From positions 64,001-128,000 of the forward strand of contig JBDRCO010000111.1 of the NCBI GenBank assembly GCA_043821645.1: 64,000 nt of DNA. Direction: 5' to 3'. Source of the DNA: Pseudomonadota bacterium. GTDB taxonomy: Bacteria; Myxococcota; JACRCW01; JAFGSX01. The notes under the pieces are model-generated. The model worked only from the letters and a program-made list of their open reading frames with translations. It had not been told where the DNA came from and did no database searches. The position numbers were made by a program, and so were the translations under genes. This document shows, one piece after another, positions 24,939 to 34,970 of this stretch; the first letter of the stretch is position 1, and the number at the start of each line of letters is the position of its first letter.

Positions 24939-27710
24939 ATGTCCATCCGCAAGCTGCTCAGTCGCGCCGGTCCACTGGCCATCGCCTTGAGCTTCGCCCT
25001 GTTCTTTGGTGTCGTCGACTGGCTGCAGGAAGAGCGGGGTTGGCACGACTGGTTCGGCTACAAGCTCGAGCTCAAATTGCTCGACCAGATGTTCGAATGG
25101 CGGGGACCGGTGGCTGCCGATCCCAAGGTCGTCATCGCTGCCATCGATGAGCGCAGCCTCGAAGCCTACGGTCAGTGGGGTAGCTGGCGTCGCACACTGT
25201 TCAAGCTCGGTCTGGATCGCCTTCGGGCCGCCGGTGCGGACACCATAGGCTGGGACATCGTGTTCGCTGGACCCCGCCAGTACACCGACACCTCCATGGG
25301 GCAGCGCCTCGAGAACATCCTGCGCGATATCGATCCCGGAGCCACTTCGGAGGGGCTCGGTACGGGTTTCGCGGAGGTCGGAGCGTCCCTCGACCACGCC
25401 ACGGACGCCCAGAAGAAGGCCACGCTTTCGGGCGACGAACTGCGCCGGCTCGATGCTTCGGTCAAGGAACGGCATCGCAGCGGCATGCTCGCTGCCGGCA
25501 GCGACACTGCCCGAGCCAGGCAGCGTCTGGATGGTCTGCAGCAGCTTTCCCAGCGCTTCGTCAGCAAGACCGAGGCCCTGGTCGAGAACATCCGCCAGGA
25601 GGCCGAGGGCGAGAGCCCGGATCAGACCCTGGCCGAGGGCATCGAGGAGCATTCTGGCAACACGGTGCTCGGCTTCATTGCGCTGTTCGAGGAGGAGGAA
25701 GAGGAGCTGTCGCGGCCCGACGTGTCCGACCTCAACTTCTGCCGCGTGGCCAGCTCGGCCCTGGACAGCATTGCCGTGGGCTGGGGCTTGCCCGGTGAGG
25801 GTGAGCAGGTTGCGGTCCCCATCTTCAAGGAGAACTCGAAGCCGGGCTTGCAGACGCTGATCCCCAAGGTCAAGGGAGGCTTCGTCTCACCGAATCCCGA
25901 GTTCGCCAACGCCGCCCAGAATCTGGGCACCTTTGCCCTCAATCCTGACCCTGACGGCGTGTGCCGCCGCCTGCCCTTGCTGGTCTACTACACCACCGCG
26001 GCGCCGCCGCGGCCGGCCTGGACCGAGGAGTGTACCTACGAGGTGGGCAACTTCATGTTGCCCTCGCTGGCCCTGAGCACAGCCTCGCAGCTGCTGGAGG
26101 CGCCACCTGTTCCGATCGTGCATCCCATCTTCAAGCGCGGCATCCAGTCGGTCAGCTTCTCGGTGTCCCGCGATGTGATCGAGCGCCTGTGCCGGCTTCG
26201 CAAGGGGACGATGGACGACGCGACGCTGCAGGACTGCGTGCGCAGCTTTCCGGGCGAACGCATCGCCGACAGCGTGGTCATCGACCTGCCAACCACACCC
26301 ACCGGCGAGATGCTGGTCAACTACTATGGACCCGAGAAGACGACCTTCCCGCGCATCTCATACTCCGACGTCGTCGCTGGCACCTTCAAGCCCGAGCTGG
26401 TCAAGGGCAAGGTGGTGCTGGTCGCCGCCACCGCCATCGCCACCCACGATCAACGCGTCACACCCTTCAGCGCCTTCGCACCTGGTGTCGAGGTTCACGC
26501 CGCTGCGATCCAGAACATCATCGACGGCCGCTTCTTGTCCCGACACCCCCTGGCCATCCCCTTCGAGTTGCTGTTCATGCTCTCGGTGGCCTTGCTCCTC
26601 GGGCTGCTGTTGCGCCGGGTCAGCGTGCCCATAGGCATCGGCGTGACCCTGGCGATCGCGGTGGCCTACTGGGCCATCAACACCTTCGTGCTGTTCCGGC
26701 AGGGCTACTGGTTTTACCTGGTGCTGCCTTTCTTGCAGATCTTCCTGACCTGGGCCGGCATCACGGTGTTCGGGTACCTGGTCGAGGGTCGCGAGAAAAA
26801 GCGGATCACGGCGCAGTTCGGGACCTACGTGTCACCCGATTACGTCAGGGAACTCATCGACAACCCCGACGTGATCGGCCTCTCCGGCGCCGAACGTGAG
26901 ATGAGCGTGCTGTTCTCGGACATCCGCGGTTTCACGACCATGAGCGAGCGGCTGGCCCCTGAGGAGCTCACGCGCTTCCTCAACGAGTACCTCACGCCCA
27001 TGACCTACTGCCTGCAGCGCAACCAGGGCACGCTCGACAAGTACATGGGCGACGCCATCATGGCCTTCTTCGGTGCGCCCAAGTGGTTCGACGACCACCC
27101 CGTCAAGGCCTGCCTGACGGCGATCGAGATGATGGACGAACTCAGAGACCTTCGAAAGAAGTGGCGCAGCGAGGGCAAGCCCGACATCGACATCGGCATA
27201 GGGATCAACTCGGGCAAGATGCGCGTCGGCAACATGGGCTCCGAGGCCATGCGCAACTACACCGTGCTCGGCGACAACGTCAACCTGGGTTCCCGGCTCG
27301 AGGGCCTCAACAAGCAGTACGCCACCAACATCATCGCCAGCCAGACCACCTTCGAGGCGGCTGGAGCGTTGATCTACGGTCGCGAGCTCGACTCGGTGGC
27401 GGTCAAGGGCAAGAAGGAGCCGGTGCGCATCTTCGAGGTCATGGGCCGCGGCCGGCCCGTGGACTGGCAAGCCGAGCTCATTGGCGCCTTCGAGCGAGGT
27501 CTCGTGGCCTACCGCAAGCAGGAGTGGGAGGAGGCCCTGGAGCTGTTCAAGACCTGCCTGCGCATTCGCAAGGAGGCCACGGGAACCCCCGACGGTTGCA
27601 GCCACATGTACCTCGAGCGCGTGCACCTGCTGCAGAAGAATCCCCCCCGGCCCGGACTGGGACGGGGTGTGGAAGATGACCACCAAGTAGCGATCACGAC
27701 GCCGAGGTGA
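24939..27710 (+). CDS. CHASE2-domain class III adenylate cyclase; the conserved C-terminus lies in another frame, ending at 27690
   Basis: CHASE2 motifs (AIDERSL, PDPDGVCRR, GKVVLV, PGVEVHA), 3 TMs, LFSDIRGFT, DKYMGDAIMA, YTVLGDNVNLGSRLEG, VKGK. Lys/Thr specificity residues suggest ATP. Confidence 0.92.
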   Translation: MSIRKLLSRAGPLAIALSFALFFGVVDWLQEERGWHDWFGYKLELKLLDQMFEWRGPVAADPKVVIAAIDERSLEAYGQWGSWRRTLFKLGLDRLRAAGADTIGWDIVFAGPRQYTDTSMGQRLENILRDIDPGATSEGLGTGFAEVGASLDHATDAQKKATLSGDELRRLDASVKERHRSGMLAAGSDTARARQRLDGLQQLSQRFVSKTEALVENIRQEAEGESPDQTLAEGIEEHSGNTVLGFIALFEEEEEELSRPDVSDLNFCRVASSALDSIAVGWGLPGEGEQVAVPIFKENSKPGLQTLIPKVKGGFVSPNPEFANAAQNLGTFALNPDPDGVCRRLPLLVYYTTAAPPRPAWTEECTYEVGNFMLPSLALSTASQLLEAPPVPIVHPIFKRGIQSVSFSVSRDVIERLCRLRKGTMDDATLQDCVRSFPGERIADSVVIDLPTTPTGEMLVNYYGPEKTTFPRISYSDVVAGTFKPELVKGKVVLVAATAIATHDQRVTPFSAFAPGVEVHAAAIQNIIDGRFLSRHPLAIPFELLFMLSVALLLGLLLRRVSVPIGIGVTLAIAVAYWAINTFVLFRQGYWFYLVLPFLQIFLTWAGITVFGYLVEGREKKRITAQFGTYVSPDYVRELIDNPDVIGLSGAEREMSVLFSDIRGFTTMSERLAPEELTRFLNEYLTPMTYCLQRNQGTLDKYMGDAIMAFFGAPKWFDDHPVKACLTAIEMMDELRDLRKKWRSEGKPDIDIGIGINSGKMRVGNMGSEAMRNYTVLGDNVNLGSRLEGLNKQYATNIIASQTTFEAAGALIYGRELDSVAVKGKKEPVRIFEVMGRGRPVDWQAELIGAFERGLVAYRKQEWEEALELFKTCLRIRKEATGTPDGCSHMYLERVHLLQKNPPRPGLGRGVEDDHQVAITTPR

Positions 27711-27785
27711 GGAGAAGGCGTCTGCGACACCTCGCGACCTTCCAGACCATGACGGCAAGGGATGGCCGCCCCACCAGGCCCGCGC

Positions 27786-29621
27786 TCAGTGATCGAGGGC
27801 AATGCGCAGGTGCTTGCGCACGCAGCGCAGCGTCGCATCATCCGTGGCCGCATCGGCCAGCACCCAGCGCACGCTCTCGCCCTGCAGATCGACCAGAGCC
27901 ATCACGCCATAGGCCGTGACGACGGGATCGCGGTGCTCACGCATGCGCGCGTAGGTGTTGTACAGGCCCTTGGCCCGACACGCCCACAACACGTAGGCGG
28001 CTTCCTGGGGAGGCAGCTCGGGTTGACCCAGCAGGCCCTCCAGGCTCTGGGGGATGCGCTGGCCAATGGAGATCAGGGCTTCGAGGATGCGCTCGGGCAG
28101 GCCAAAGGCCGCGTGGCTCGGAGTATCAAACAGGGGACGTGGGTCCTGCGTGTGCGCCTCGGCCAGGGCCTTGAGAAGTGGCTCCACGGCTTCTTCACTG
28201 CCGATCCGACCCAGGGCATAGGCCGCACTGACTTGCAGTTCCGGGTCCTTGCTGCTGGCCAGCGCCTCGATGAGCAGTGCGCGGGATTCCAGGTCCGCCA
28301 GGTCGGCCAGCTCGCGCGCTGCCCGCGGTGCCCAGACGCTGGCGGCCATGGGGGCGAGCAGTTCACGCATCCGAGGTACGACCTGATCCCGGGTCAGGCT
28401 CTGTTCTCCGCCACTCTCCAGTGAGAGCACGTAGCCTGGCGCGGTGCTGGCAATGCCCGTGACGCCGAAATTCTGACCGCGCCGTTCAGGCCAGGGCGCG
28501 CGCAGCGAAGTGGTCACGGCGGGCCTAAAAGCTTCAAAGGCAGTCAGGGCTGTCTCTATTTCCTGCACCAGCTCGGCCGGCGCGTGGCGATCCTTGGCCC
28601 GGCGCAGCAGCTTGCGGTAGGCCAGCAGAACCTTGCGACGCAGCGCGCTTTCCTCAGGTGCGAGGTAGGCCTCCAGCAGTGGTGAGCGGCTCAGATCAAG
28701 TTCCCGGGTCGGAGGTCCCAGGCTCATGCCACGCAGGCTGTTCGGTGCAGAGGTCACCCTGCGGTAAAAGAAGTCCGACATCCCCACCATGCGAAGCATC
28801 GCACGCAGACCATCCACACCCTGATCCAGCTGCAGCACCTCGCGATACGCATCCTCGGCCATCGCACGCAGCGCCGCATTGTGTTCGGCCTCGCTGCGCG
28901 CGCGCTGCTGGTCCCCGAGGCGCGCCAGGCAGGTGTCGTCGGAGCGGTAGTCCTGTTCGTGGGCCTCACCGACGCAGAAGTGGGATTCGAGCACCAGCCC
29001 CCTGGCCTCGGAACGCCAGGGTGCGGTGACGCTGGCGGCCAGGGGCACCACCGCCGCGCACGCAGTTCTGGCTGCGACGACCTCATGGCGCGTCAGCGCG
29101 CTCCAACCCCGGCACAGCGACTGCCAGGTCAGGTACAAGGCGCGGTCCTCAAGGTCTTGCTGGGCACGCCGGGAGTCGCACAGCAGCTGCAGTGATGCGG
29201 CATCGCCGGCCGTGCGCAGGTGCTCCGCCTCGACCTGCAAGGCCTGGAGCTTGTCACCGGTCGCTGGTGCGCTGGTCGGGCCTGTCGACGTAGCGGTGTC
29301 GGATTCTCGCCTCTGCGCAGGCAGGGGTGCTGTGGCTGCGGGTGCGGGGGAAGGCGTGCGACGCCTGGGTGTGGCGGGCTGCGGGACCGCGGCAGGTGGA
29401 GCAGAAGACGCCGGGGGTGAAGCAGGCGCTGCGGTGGATGCCGCAGGCGTGGCCACGGGTGGTGTGGCCTGGGCCTCCGCCGGGGGAGCTGCCACACGGC
29501 TCGGCACGGCCGGAGCACTGCTCGGGGTCTTGGGCTCCTCCTGGGCCCTTGTCGTCGACGTCAGGACCCAGGCCAGGAGGACCAGGACCCAGGCGCGATA
29601 CCTCTGCACCCGCTGGCTCAT
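27786..29621 (-). CDS. Secreted protein with Pro/Ala-rich linker and C-terminal HEAT repeats
   Basis: Signal peptide; low-complexity PA region; LIEAL..DPELQVSAAYALGRIGSEEAVEPLLKAL HEAT motif. Confidence 0.75.
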   Translation of the reverse strand: MSQRVQRYRAWVLVLLAWVLTSTTRAQEEPKTPSSAPAVPSRVAAPPAEAQATPPVATPAASTAAPASPPASSAPPAAVPQPATPRRRTPSPAPAATAPLPAQRRESDTATSTGPTSAPATGDKLQALQVEAEHLRTAGDAASLQLLCDSRRAQQDLEDRALYLTWQSLCRGWSALTRHEVVAARTACAAVVPLAASVTAPWRSEARGLVLESHFCVGEAHEQDYRSDDTCLARLGDQQRARSEAEHNAALRAMAEDAYREVLQLDQGVDGLRAMLRMVGMSDFFYRRVTSAPNSLRGMSLGPPTRELDLSRSPLLEAYLAPEESALRRKVLLAYRKLLRRAKDRHAPAELVQEIETALTAFEAFRPAVTTSLRAPWPERRGQNFGVTGIASTAPGYVLSLESGGEQSLTRDQVVPRMRELLAPMAASVWAPRAARELADLADLESRALLIEALASSKDPELQVSAAYALGRIGSEEAVEPLLKALAEAHTQDPRPLFDTPSHAAFGLPERILEALISIGQRIPQSLEGLLGQPELPPQEAAYVLWACRAKGLYNTYARMREHRDPVVTAYGVMALVDLQGESVRWVLADAATDDATLRCVRKHLRIALDH

Positions 29622-29628
29622 GATGCGG

Positions 29629-29910
29629 TCACCCCCACCCAAGACAGGCCCTCAGCATGGTCGAACTCATCAGGAGCAGCAGTAAAAGCACTGCCACGAT
29701 GGCCACGATGCGGTCGGCAAGCCGGCGCCGGGGAGGTTTGTCTGTCCGTGCGGGAAGCACCTGCAGCAGCAGGTAAGCCGGAGGTCCACCCAGGGCGCAG
29801 GCGAACAACCAGAATTCGGGGTCGCGCCGCCTCTCCTGGGCAAGGCGCTGGCCTGCAACCCCGGACAGGGGCCACACCAGCAACATCACCATCAGGACAA
29901 CGAAGCTCAC
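29629..29910 (-). CDS. Small membrane protein
   Basis: Three hydrophobic segments; fills the gap between two co-oriented genes. Confidence 0.55.
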   Translation of the reverse strand: MSFVVLMVMLLVWPLSGVAGQRLAQERRRDPEFWLFACALGGPPAYLLLQVLPARTDKPPRRRLADRIVAIVAVLLLLLLMSSTMLRACLGWG

Positions 29911-29934
29911 GATTGGCGCAAGCGGCTGGCCGCA

Positions 29935-31080
29935 CTACGGGGTCTCGGGCGCGGGCTCCTTGGCCGGGGCCTTTTCGGCGGGAGCGGCCTCTCCAGGACG
30001 CAGGCGATGCACCTTGTACATGGCCTGCTTGCCCTTGATGCGCAGCAGCCCGGCCATGCCGATGGACTCGGTGCCGTCGAGCAGGGGCCAGCGCACGGCG
30101 TCTGCAGGGCCGGGATTGAGGTAGAGCTCGGACACGTAGGTGTCTGCCCGGATCTCCTCTTTGCCCGTCAGATCCGTGGCCTTGCCGCCGGCCTCGTGGA
30201 TGTTGCCGAACATGCCGAAGTGAATCTTGTTGGTGGTCAGGAACTTGGCCAGCACAGGGTCGCCCACATTGACGCCCTCGTGGATGCGGTCGATGCCCGT
30301 GCTGCTCTCCTGCCGAGGCGGACCGTGGGAGGCCAGCACCGCGGTGGAACTCGCCAGGCTCATCAGGGTGGTCAGAGCGGACACGTCTTCGGGCGTGTAG
30401 CGGCATCCATCCTGCGAGTGAATGTAGGCAGGATTGAAGTAACCCGGCAGGCTGATCAGGCTCGCGTCGTCGGCGTTGTAGACGCGAATCTGGTTCATGT
30501 TGACGAGGTTGCTGTGCTCCGGGCTGACCGCGTCAAAGGCCTTGGTGAAATCGGTGAGGCCCTCGCGATTACCGATCATGAGCAGGACCGGTCCAGGAAA
30601 CTGTGCCAGGGCGCGCATCACGCTCTCGATCGAGGGCTGGCTCTCTCCCAGGTCACCCGTGACCACCAGGGCGTCAGCCTTCTCGGCGATCAGCCACTGC
30701 AGGAGGCGCTTGACGTTGCCCAGGTTCTCGGGCGTGTCCTCCTTGACGTCGGTGATCTGGCCAAAGGTGTACACGTCGTCGGCATCGGCGGTCTTCGAGG
30801 TCAACACGTCGCCGGCGCGCCGGAACGCTTGCCCGGCGATGGTCAGGTCCGCGTCGTCGCCCGTGGCCTTGAAGGGCTTGAGGCAGGACGGCTGCTTGGC
30901 ATCCTCAGGGCTCACGGCCAGCGGGTCCTCGTCGGCCGGCTGGGATGCCGCTGGCGTCGTGGCGGGTCCGGGCGTGGGGGTCGGGTCGGCGGGTGGCGGA
31001 GCGTCCTTCTTGGGGCAGCCCAAGGCAACGGCCAGCAGCGCCGTGCAGCCGAGCAGAACAACAGGACGAGAGAAGGTCAT
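29935..31080 (-). CDS. Calcineurin-like metallophosphoesterase lipoprotein (variant motifs)
   Basis: Lipobox ALGC; motifs ITDVKE, TGDLG, GNRE, SHGPP, FGNIHE, NPG. Confidence 0.8.
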   Translation of the reverse strand: MTFSRPVVLLGCTALLAVALGCPKKDAPPPADPTPTPGPATTPAASQPADEDPLAVSPEDAKQPSCLKPFKATGDDADLTIAGQAFRRAGDVLTSKTADADDVYTFGQITDVKEDTPENLGNVKRLLQWLIAEKADALVVTGDLGESQPSIESVMRALAQFPGPVLLMIGNREGLTDFTKAFDAVSPEHSNLVNMNQIRVYNADDASLISLPGYFNPAYIHSQDGCRYTPEDVSALTTLMSLASSTAVLASHGPPRQESSTGIDRIHEGVNVGDPVLAKFLTTNKIHFGMFGNIHEAGGKATDLTGKEEIRADTYVSELYLNPGPADAVRWPLLDGTESIGMAGLLRIKGKQAMYKVHRLRPGEAAPAEKAPAKEPAPETP

Positions 31081-31338
31081 GGATTCCACCCTGTGCCTGG
31101 ACCTGCGAGCCAGCTGGCAGTGTGCCATCAAGCATGGCTCCCAGGCGTGGTTTGACGACGGGGCTGTAACACGGAGCACGGTGGCGCGGCAACGGAAAAC
31201 CCGGAGCCTCCACGAGAGCTTGATTTCAAGGCAATGAGCCCGCCGCAGGGGGCCGATGAACTGCACTTCATGCGCTGGTTCACGGGCTGGCGCGACCACG
31301 AGGAGACGATCGGGATCTGCGAGAAGATCGGCGCCGGT

Positions 31339-31674
31339 TCAGTCAGCGCTCGTGCTGTCTGCTTCGACCTCGAATGCGCCCAGGGACTCGAGGAGCTCCT
31401 GCAGCATATCCTGGGTCTCTGAGGTGTAGGCGTACAGCAGCACGTGGTTGCCTCTGGCTTCAGCCAGGGGAGAGTCCTCCCAGTCGGTATCGTTTTCACG
31501 ATCCAGCGCATATTCCTCGGAGGTCAGTCCGAAATCCTCGAACAGGTCCGGAATGTCGGACTCGTTTGCTTCCATGACCCACTGGAACCATGCATTGAGG
31601 GCGCGCGCCACTTCCGCGGCCGTGTCCGCACTGTCGAAGGTCCCGACGATCTTGACTTCCTGCATCCCGGTCAC
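31339..31674 (-). CDS. Small acidic hypothetical protein
   Basis: Protein-like, D/E-rich sequence with GC3-biased codons; start is GTG 31674 or ATG 31665. Confidence 0.7.
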   Translation of the reverse strand: MTGMQEVKIVGTFDSADTAAEVARALNAWFQWVMEANESDIPDLFEDFGLTSEEYALDRENDTDWEDSPLAEARGNHVLLYAYTSETQDMLQELLESLGAFEVEADSTSAD

Positions 31675-31957
31675 CGTCCAGCCGCCACTGCGTCGGTGTG
31701 GTAGCGGCGTCCATTGAACACGCTCCGACCAATGGCGAATGACTTATCCCGGTCGACCGAAAACGCAAGCCAAAAAAACCGCCGGAGCCTGAGCGAGGTA
31801 CCATGCGTCGACGGATTCCTGCGCAGGGGAGGGCGAGCCGCCCGATCAGGCCGTGGTGGAGCACCGGGTGCGCCGATTGAGCAGCACAGGATCCGGGTGA
31901 CCCGGGGCACCTCTCCGGAAAAACCAATCATGTCGGGCGCCGAGTCGTACCTGAGTC

Positions 31958-31972
31958 TGGCACGGGGCTTGG
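31958..31972 (+). promoter_or_regulatory. Putative sigma54 (-24/-12) promoter
   Basis: TGGCACG-GGGC-TTGG: perfect -24 box and correct spacing, one mismatch at -12 (TTGG versus TTGC); about 115 nt upstream of ATG 32088 in a long intergenic region. Confidence 0.5.
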
Positions 31973-32087
31973 ATCGGGACAGACCATGCCCAGGCGTCGG
32001 CACATGGTACACTTTTCTGGTCGCGCAGCCTGTTCGCGGGGCGGTGCCCGCCGCTGCACCGGTGGCACACAGAGAGGGCCAGGAGAC

Positions 32088-34970
32088 ATGGGGCGAATCG
32101 GACCCTCAGCGCGCCTGCTGCCCCTGCTACTCGCAGCTCTCTATCCCGGCTGCGAGTGCCAGGAAACGGAGTTCGTTGAACTCCAGGCCACGGCGACCCT
32201 TCCCGAGAACATCATCGATTTCGGTGAGGTCCCCGTCGGATCCGGACGCACGCTGACACGGGTCCTGCGCAATGAGGGCACTGCGGCCCTCGAGATCGCG
32301 GCGATCGCCGTGGAACCGGACAGCGGCGCGTTCTTTGTCGAGGTGGTGCCGGCTCCGGTCGCAGCCCAGAGCAGTGGCGAGGTGCGCGTCACCTTCAGGC
32401 CGGAGCGTGAGGCGAGTTACGAAGCCACGGCCAGCCTGGACACCAACGCACGCCAGGAACCACCTTCGCTGCGCCTGCTGGGACGCGGCGTCACTCCCGC
32501 CATCGAGGTGCACCCGGCCAGCATCGACTTCGGAGCGGTGGCCCTCGGCGCCAGCCGTGTGCAGGTGCTGCGCGTGCTCAACCTGCGCAGTGTGGACCAG
32601 GAGGTCTGGCTGGCCCTGCAGGACGACGGAGCCCTGCACTTCGCCGTGGACGACGGTGGCGAGGGGAGGCGCACCGTGCCCGCGGGAGGCGAGATCCGCG
32701 TCGATCTGCATTTCATCCCACGCCACGGTGGCCGCCATGGTGCAACCCTGCGCGTGGATAGCTGTGGCGATGGTTGCGGCGTGCAGGTCCAGCTCCAGGG
32801 GCGCTGTGAGGTCCCGCGCATCGTGGTGGAGCCTTTGCTGCTGGACTTTGGAACCCTGGCGCCAGGCGCGTCGGAGCAGCGCAGCGTGACCGTGCGCAAC
32901 CTCGGCTTCGGGGATCTGCAGGTCGAGCGCATCGAGGTCGTGGCAGGTTCCCAGAGCTTTGCGGTGGAGCCCGCGTTTCAGGCCGCGATCGTGCCCGAGA
33001 ACACCGAGGTTTCGGTCCTCGTCCGCTGTGCTCCCGAGACGAGCGGGACCGCCAGCGGCCGCCTGGAGATTGCGAGCAGCGACCCGGCCTCTCCGACAGG
33101 CCACGTCGAGCTCGTGGGTCGGCGCCAGGGGGCAGAGCTGCTCGCGGTGCCCGACCGACTCGAGTTTGGCATCGTGCGCGATGCCGGTCCGCATACCCGC
33201 CACGTGGTGCTGGTCAACCGCGGCGACCAGCCAGCCCAGGTGCTGGCGGGGGCTGTGCTGGGAGAAGCCTTCGAGAGCAGCCTGCTTCCCACCTGGCCTC
33301 TCGAGGTCCCCGGGGGTGGCAGTGCCGTCCTGGAGCTGAGCTTCAGCGCGGGCAACCCGGGAACCTTCTTTGGCCGCTTGTCCCTGCACAGCGACGTCGC
33401 CGAGACACCGCTGCTCGAGGTCACGCTGGCTGGCACACGCAGCGACAGCGCCTGTGTCCTGGTCCCGGCGGTCGAGACCGTGCGCTTCGGCAACGTGATG
33501 GTGGGGAGCAGCTCGTGGCAGAACCTGATGCTGCGCAACGAGGGCAGTCAGAGCTGCACCATCCAGAGCCTGGGCTTCTCGCCGCTGCACATCAACGATC
33601 CCGCCTTCACCGTCGAGGCCCCCGTCACCACGGTGGTGGATCCGGGACAGCAGGTGCAAGCGCGTACGGTGTTCGCCCCGACCGAAAGCGGTCCGGCCAA
33701 GGCTGCGATCCAGGTGCGTCTTGAGGGTGGCGTCATGCCTCCCCTGCTGCTCGGGCTCGTCGGCAGTGGCGCCCGGGCCGGGCTCACGGCAGCTCCCCCG
33801 GTGCTCGACTTTGGCACCACCACCGCGGGGTGCGGTCAGGCCGAGCGCATCGTTGCCATCGGCAATATCGGCCAGGTCGAGGCCAACCTCGGCTTCGTGC
33901 GCCTCGAGGCACCATCGACAACTGCCTACCGGATCGTCGAGGGGGGGTGGATAGGGCGGTTGCCCCCGGGGATGAGGCACATGATTCGCGTGCGCTTCGA
34001 GCCGCAGCAGCCAGGGACCCACAGCGGACTGCTCATGGTCGAGGACAGCGACGACGTTGCCGGCGTCGTGGTGCCGCTCAACGGCCTCGCCCTGGCCGCC
34101 AACACGGCGCACCTCACCGAGACCTTCACCGTCGCTGGGATCAGCAAGGTCGATGTTCTGTTCGTCATCGACAACTCCGGGAGCATGCTGGACAACCAGG
34201 ACAACCTCGCGGCCAATTTCGACTACTTCATTCGCTCCGCGGACATTCTCGGACCCTCCATCAACTACCAGATCGGCGTCGTCACGACGGACGTGGCGGA
34301 CCCGCAACAGTCGGGCCGACTGGTGAGCACCCCCCGCTTGATGAACCGCAGCACACCCGACCTGACCGCGCGCTTCGGCGATTCCGTGCGCGTCGGCGCC
34401 ACAGGTTCGGGCTGGGAGCAGGGTCTCGAGGCTGCCCTGCTGGCCCTCAGCCCGCCGCTCATCGACGATCCGATCTACAACGATGGCCTGCTGAGATCCG
34501 ACGCTGCCCTGGCGCTGGTGGTGGTCAGCGACGAGGATGACGGCTCCCCGCAGCCCGTCGACGCGTACGTCGGGTTTCTGCTTGGCCTCAAGGCCGCCCA
34601 GGCCCTGCCGGTGCTGTTCAACGCCGTCACCGGCGGTGTCGCAGGCTGCTCCGAGGGCGAGGTGTGGGCGGATCCGGCTCCGCGCTACGACGACGCCGTG
34701 CGCCAGACCGGCGGACGCTGGATGAACCTGTGCGCCTCCGACTGGGGCAGCGAGCTCGAGAGCCTGGGTGCCAGCATCTTCCTGTCCCGGGGACGGTTTC
34801 ATCTGCAGGGCCAGCCCGAGGCCGGAAGCCTGAGTGTTCGCGTCGACGGGACCGTGTTGCAGCCTGGCCAGTGGAGCTACGACGATGCCTCGCGCACGGT
34901 GATCCTCGATCCGTCTGTGGTCCCGGGTCCGGGTGCGGTGGTGGAAGTGGACTATGTGGTCACCTGCTAG
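32088..34970 (+). CDS. Lipoprotein with six choice-of-anchor-D/Ig repeats and a C-terminal VWA domain
   Basis: AGGAG SD; lipobox-like YPGC-EC; six [DER]FG.....N.. Ig modules; MIDAS motif DVLFVIDNSGSM, VVTTD, EQGLEA, VSDEDD. Confidence 0.88.
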   Translation: MGRIGPSARLLPLLLAALYPGCECQETEFVELQATATLPENIIDFGEVPVGSGRTLTRVLRNEGTAALEIAAIAVEPDSGAFFVEVVPAPVAAQSSGEVRVTFRPEREASYEATASLDTNARQEPPSLRLLGRGVTPAIEVHPASIDFGAVALGASRVQVLRVLNLRSVDQEVWLALQDDGALHFAVDDGGEGRRTVPAGGEIRVDLHFIPRHGGRHGATLRVDSCGDGCGVQVQLQGRCEVPRIVVEPLLLDFGTLAPGASEQRSVTVRNLGFGDLQVERIEVVAGSQSFAVEPAFQAAIVPENTEVSVLVRCAPETSGTASGRLEIASSDPASPTGHVELVGRRQGAELLAVPDRLEFGIVRDAGPHTRHVVLVNRGDQPAQVLAGAVLGEAFESSLLPTWPLEVPGGGSAVLELSFSAGNPGTFFGRLSLHSDVAETPLLEVTLAGTRSDSACVLVPAVETVRFGNVMVGSSSWQNLMLRNEGSQSCTIQSLGFSPLHINDPAFTVEAPVTTVVDPGQQVQARTVFAPTESGPAKAAIQVRLEGGVMPPLLLGLVGSGARAGLTAAPPVLDFGTTTAGCGQAERIVAIGNIGQVEANLGFVRLEAPSTTAYRIVEGGWIGRLPPGMRHMIRVRFEPQQPGTHSGLLMVEDSDDVAGVVVPLNGLALAANTAHLTETFTVAGISKVDVLFVIDNSGSMLDNQDNLAANFDYFIRSADILGPSINYQIGVVTTDVADPQQSGRLVSTPRLMNRSTPDLTARFGDSVRVGATGSGWEQGLEAALLALSPPLIDDPIYNDGLLRSDAALALVVVSDEDDGSPQPVDAYVGFLLGLKAAQALPVLFNAVTGGVAGCSEGEVWADPAPRYDDAVRQTGGRWMNLCASDWGSELESLGASIFLSRGRFHLQGQPEAGSLSVRVDGTVLQPGQWSYDDASRTVILDPSVVPGPGAVVEVDYVVTC

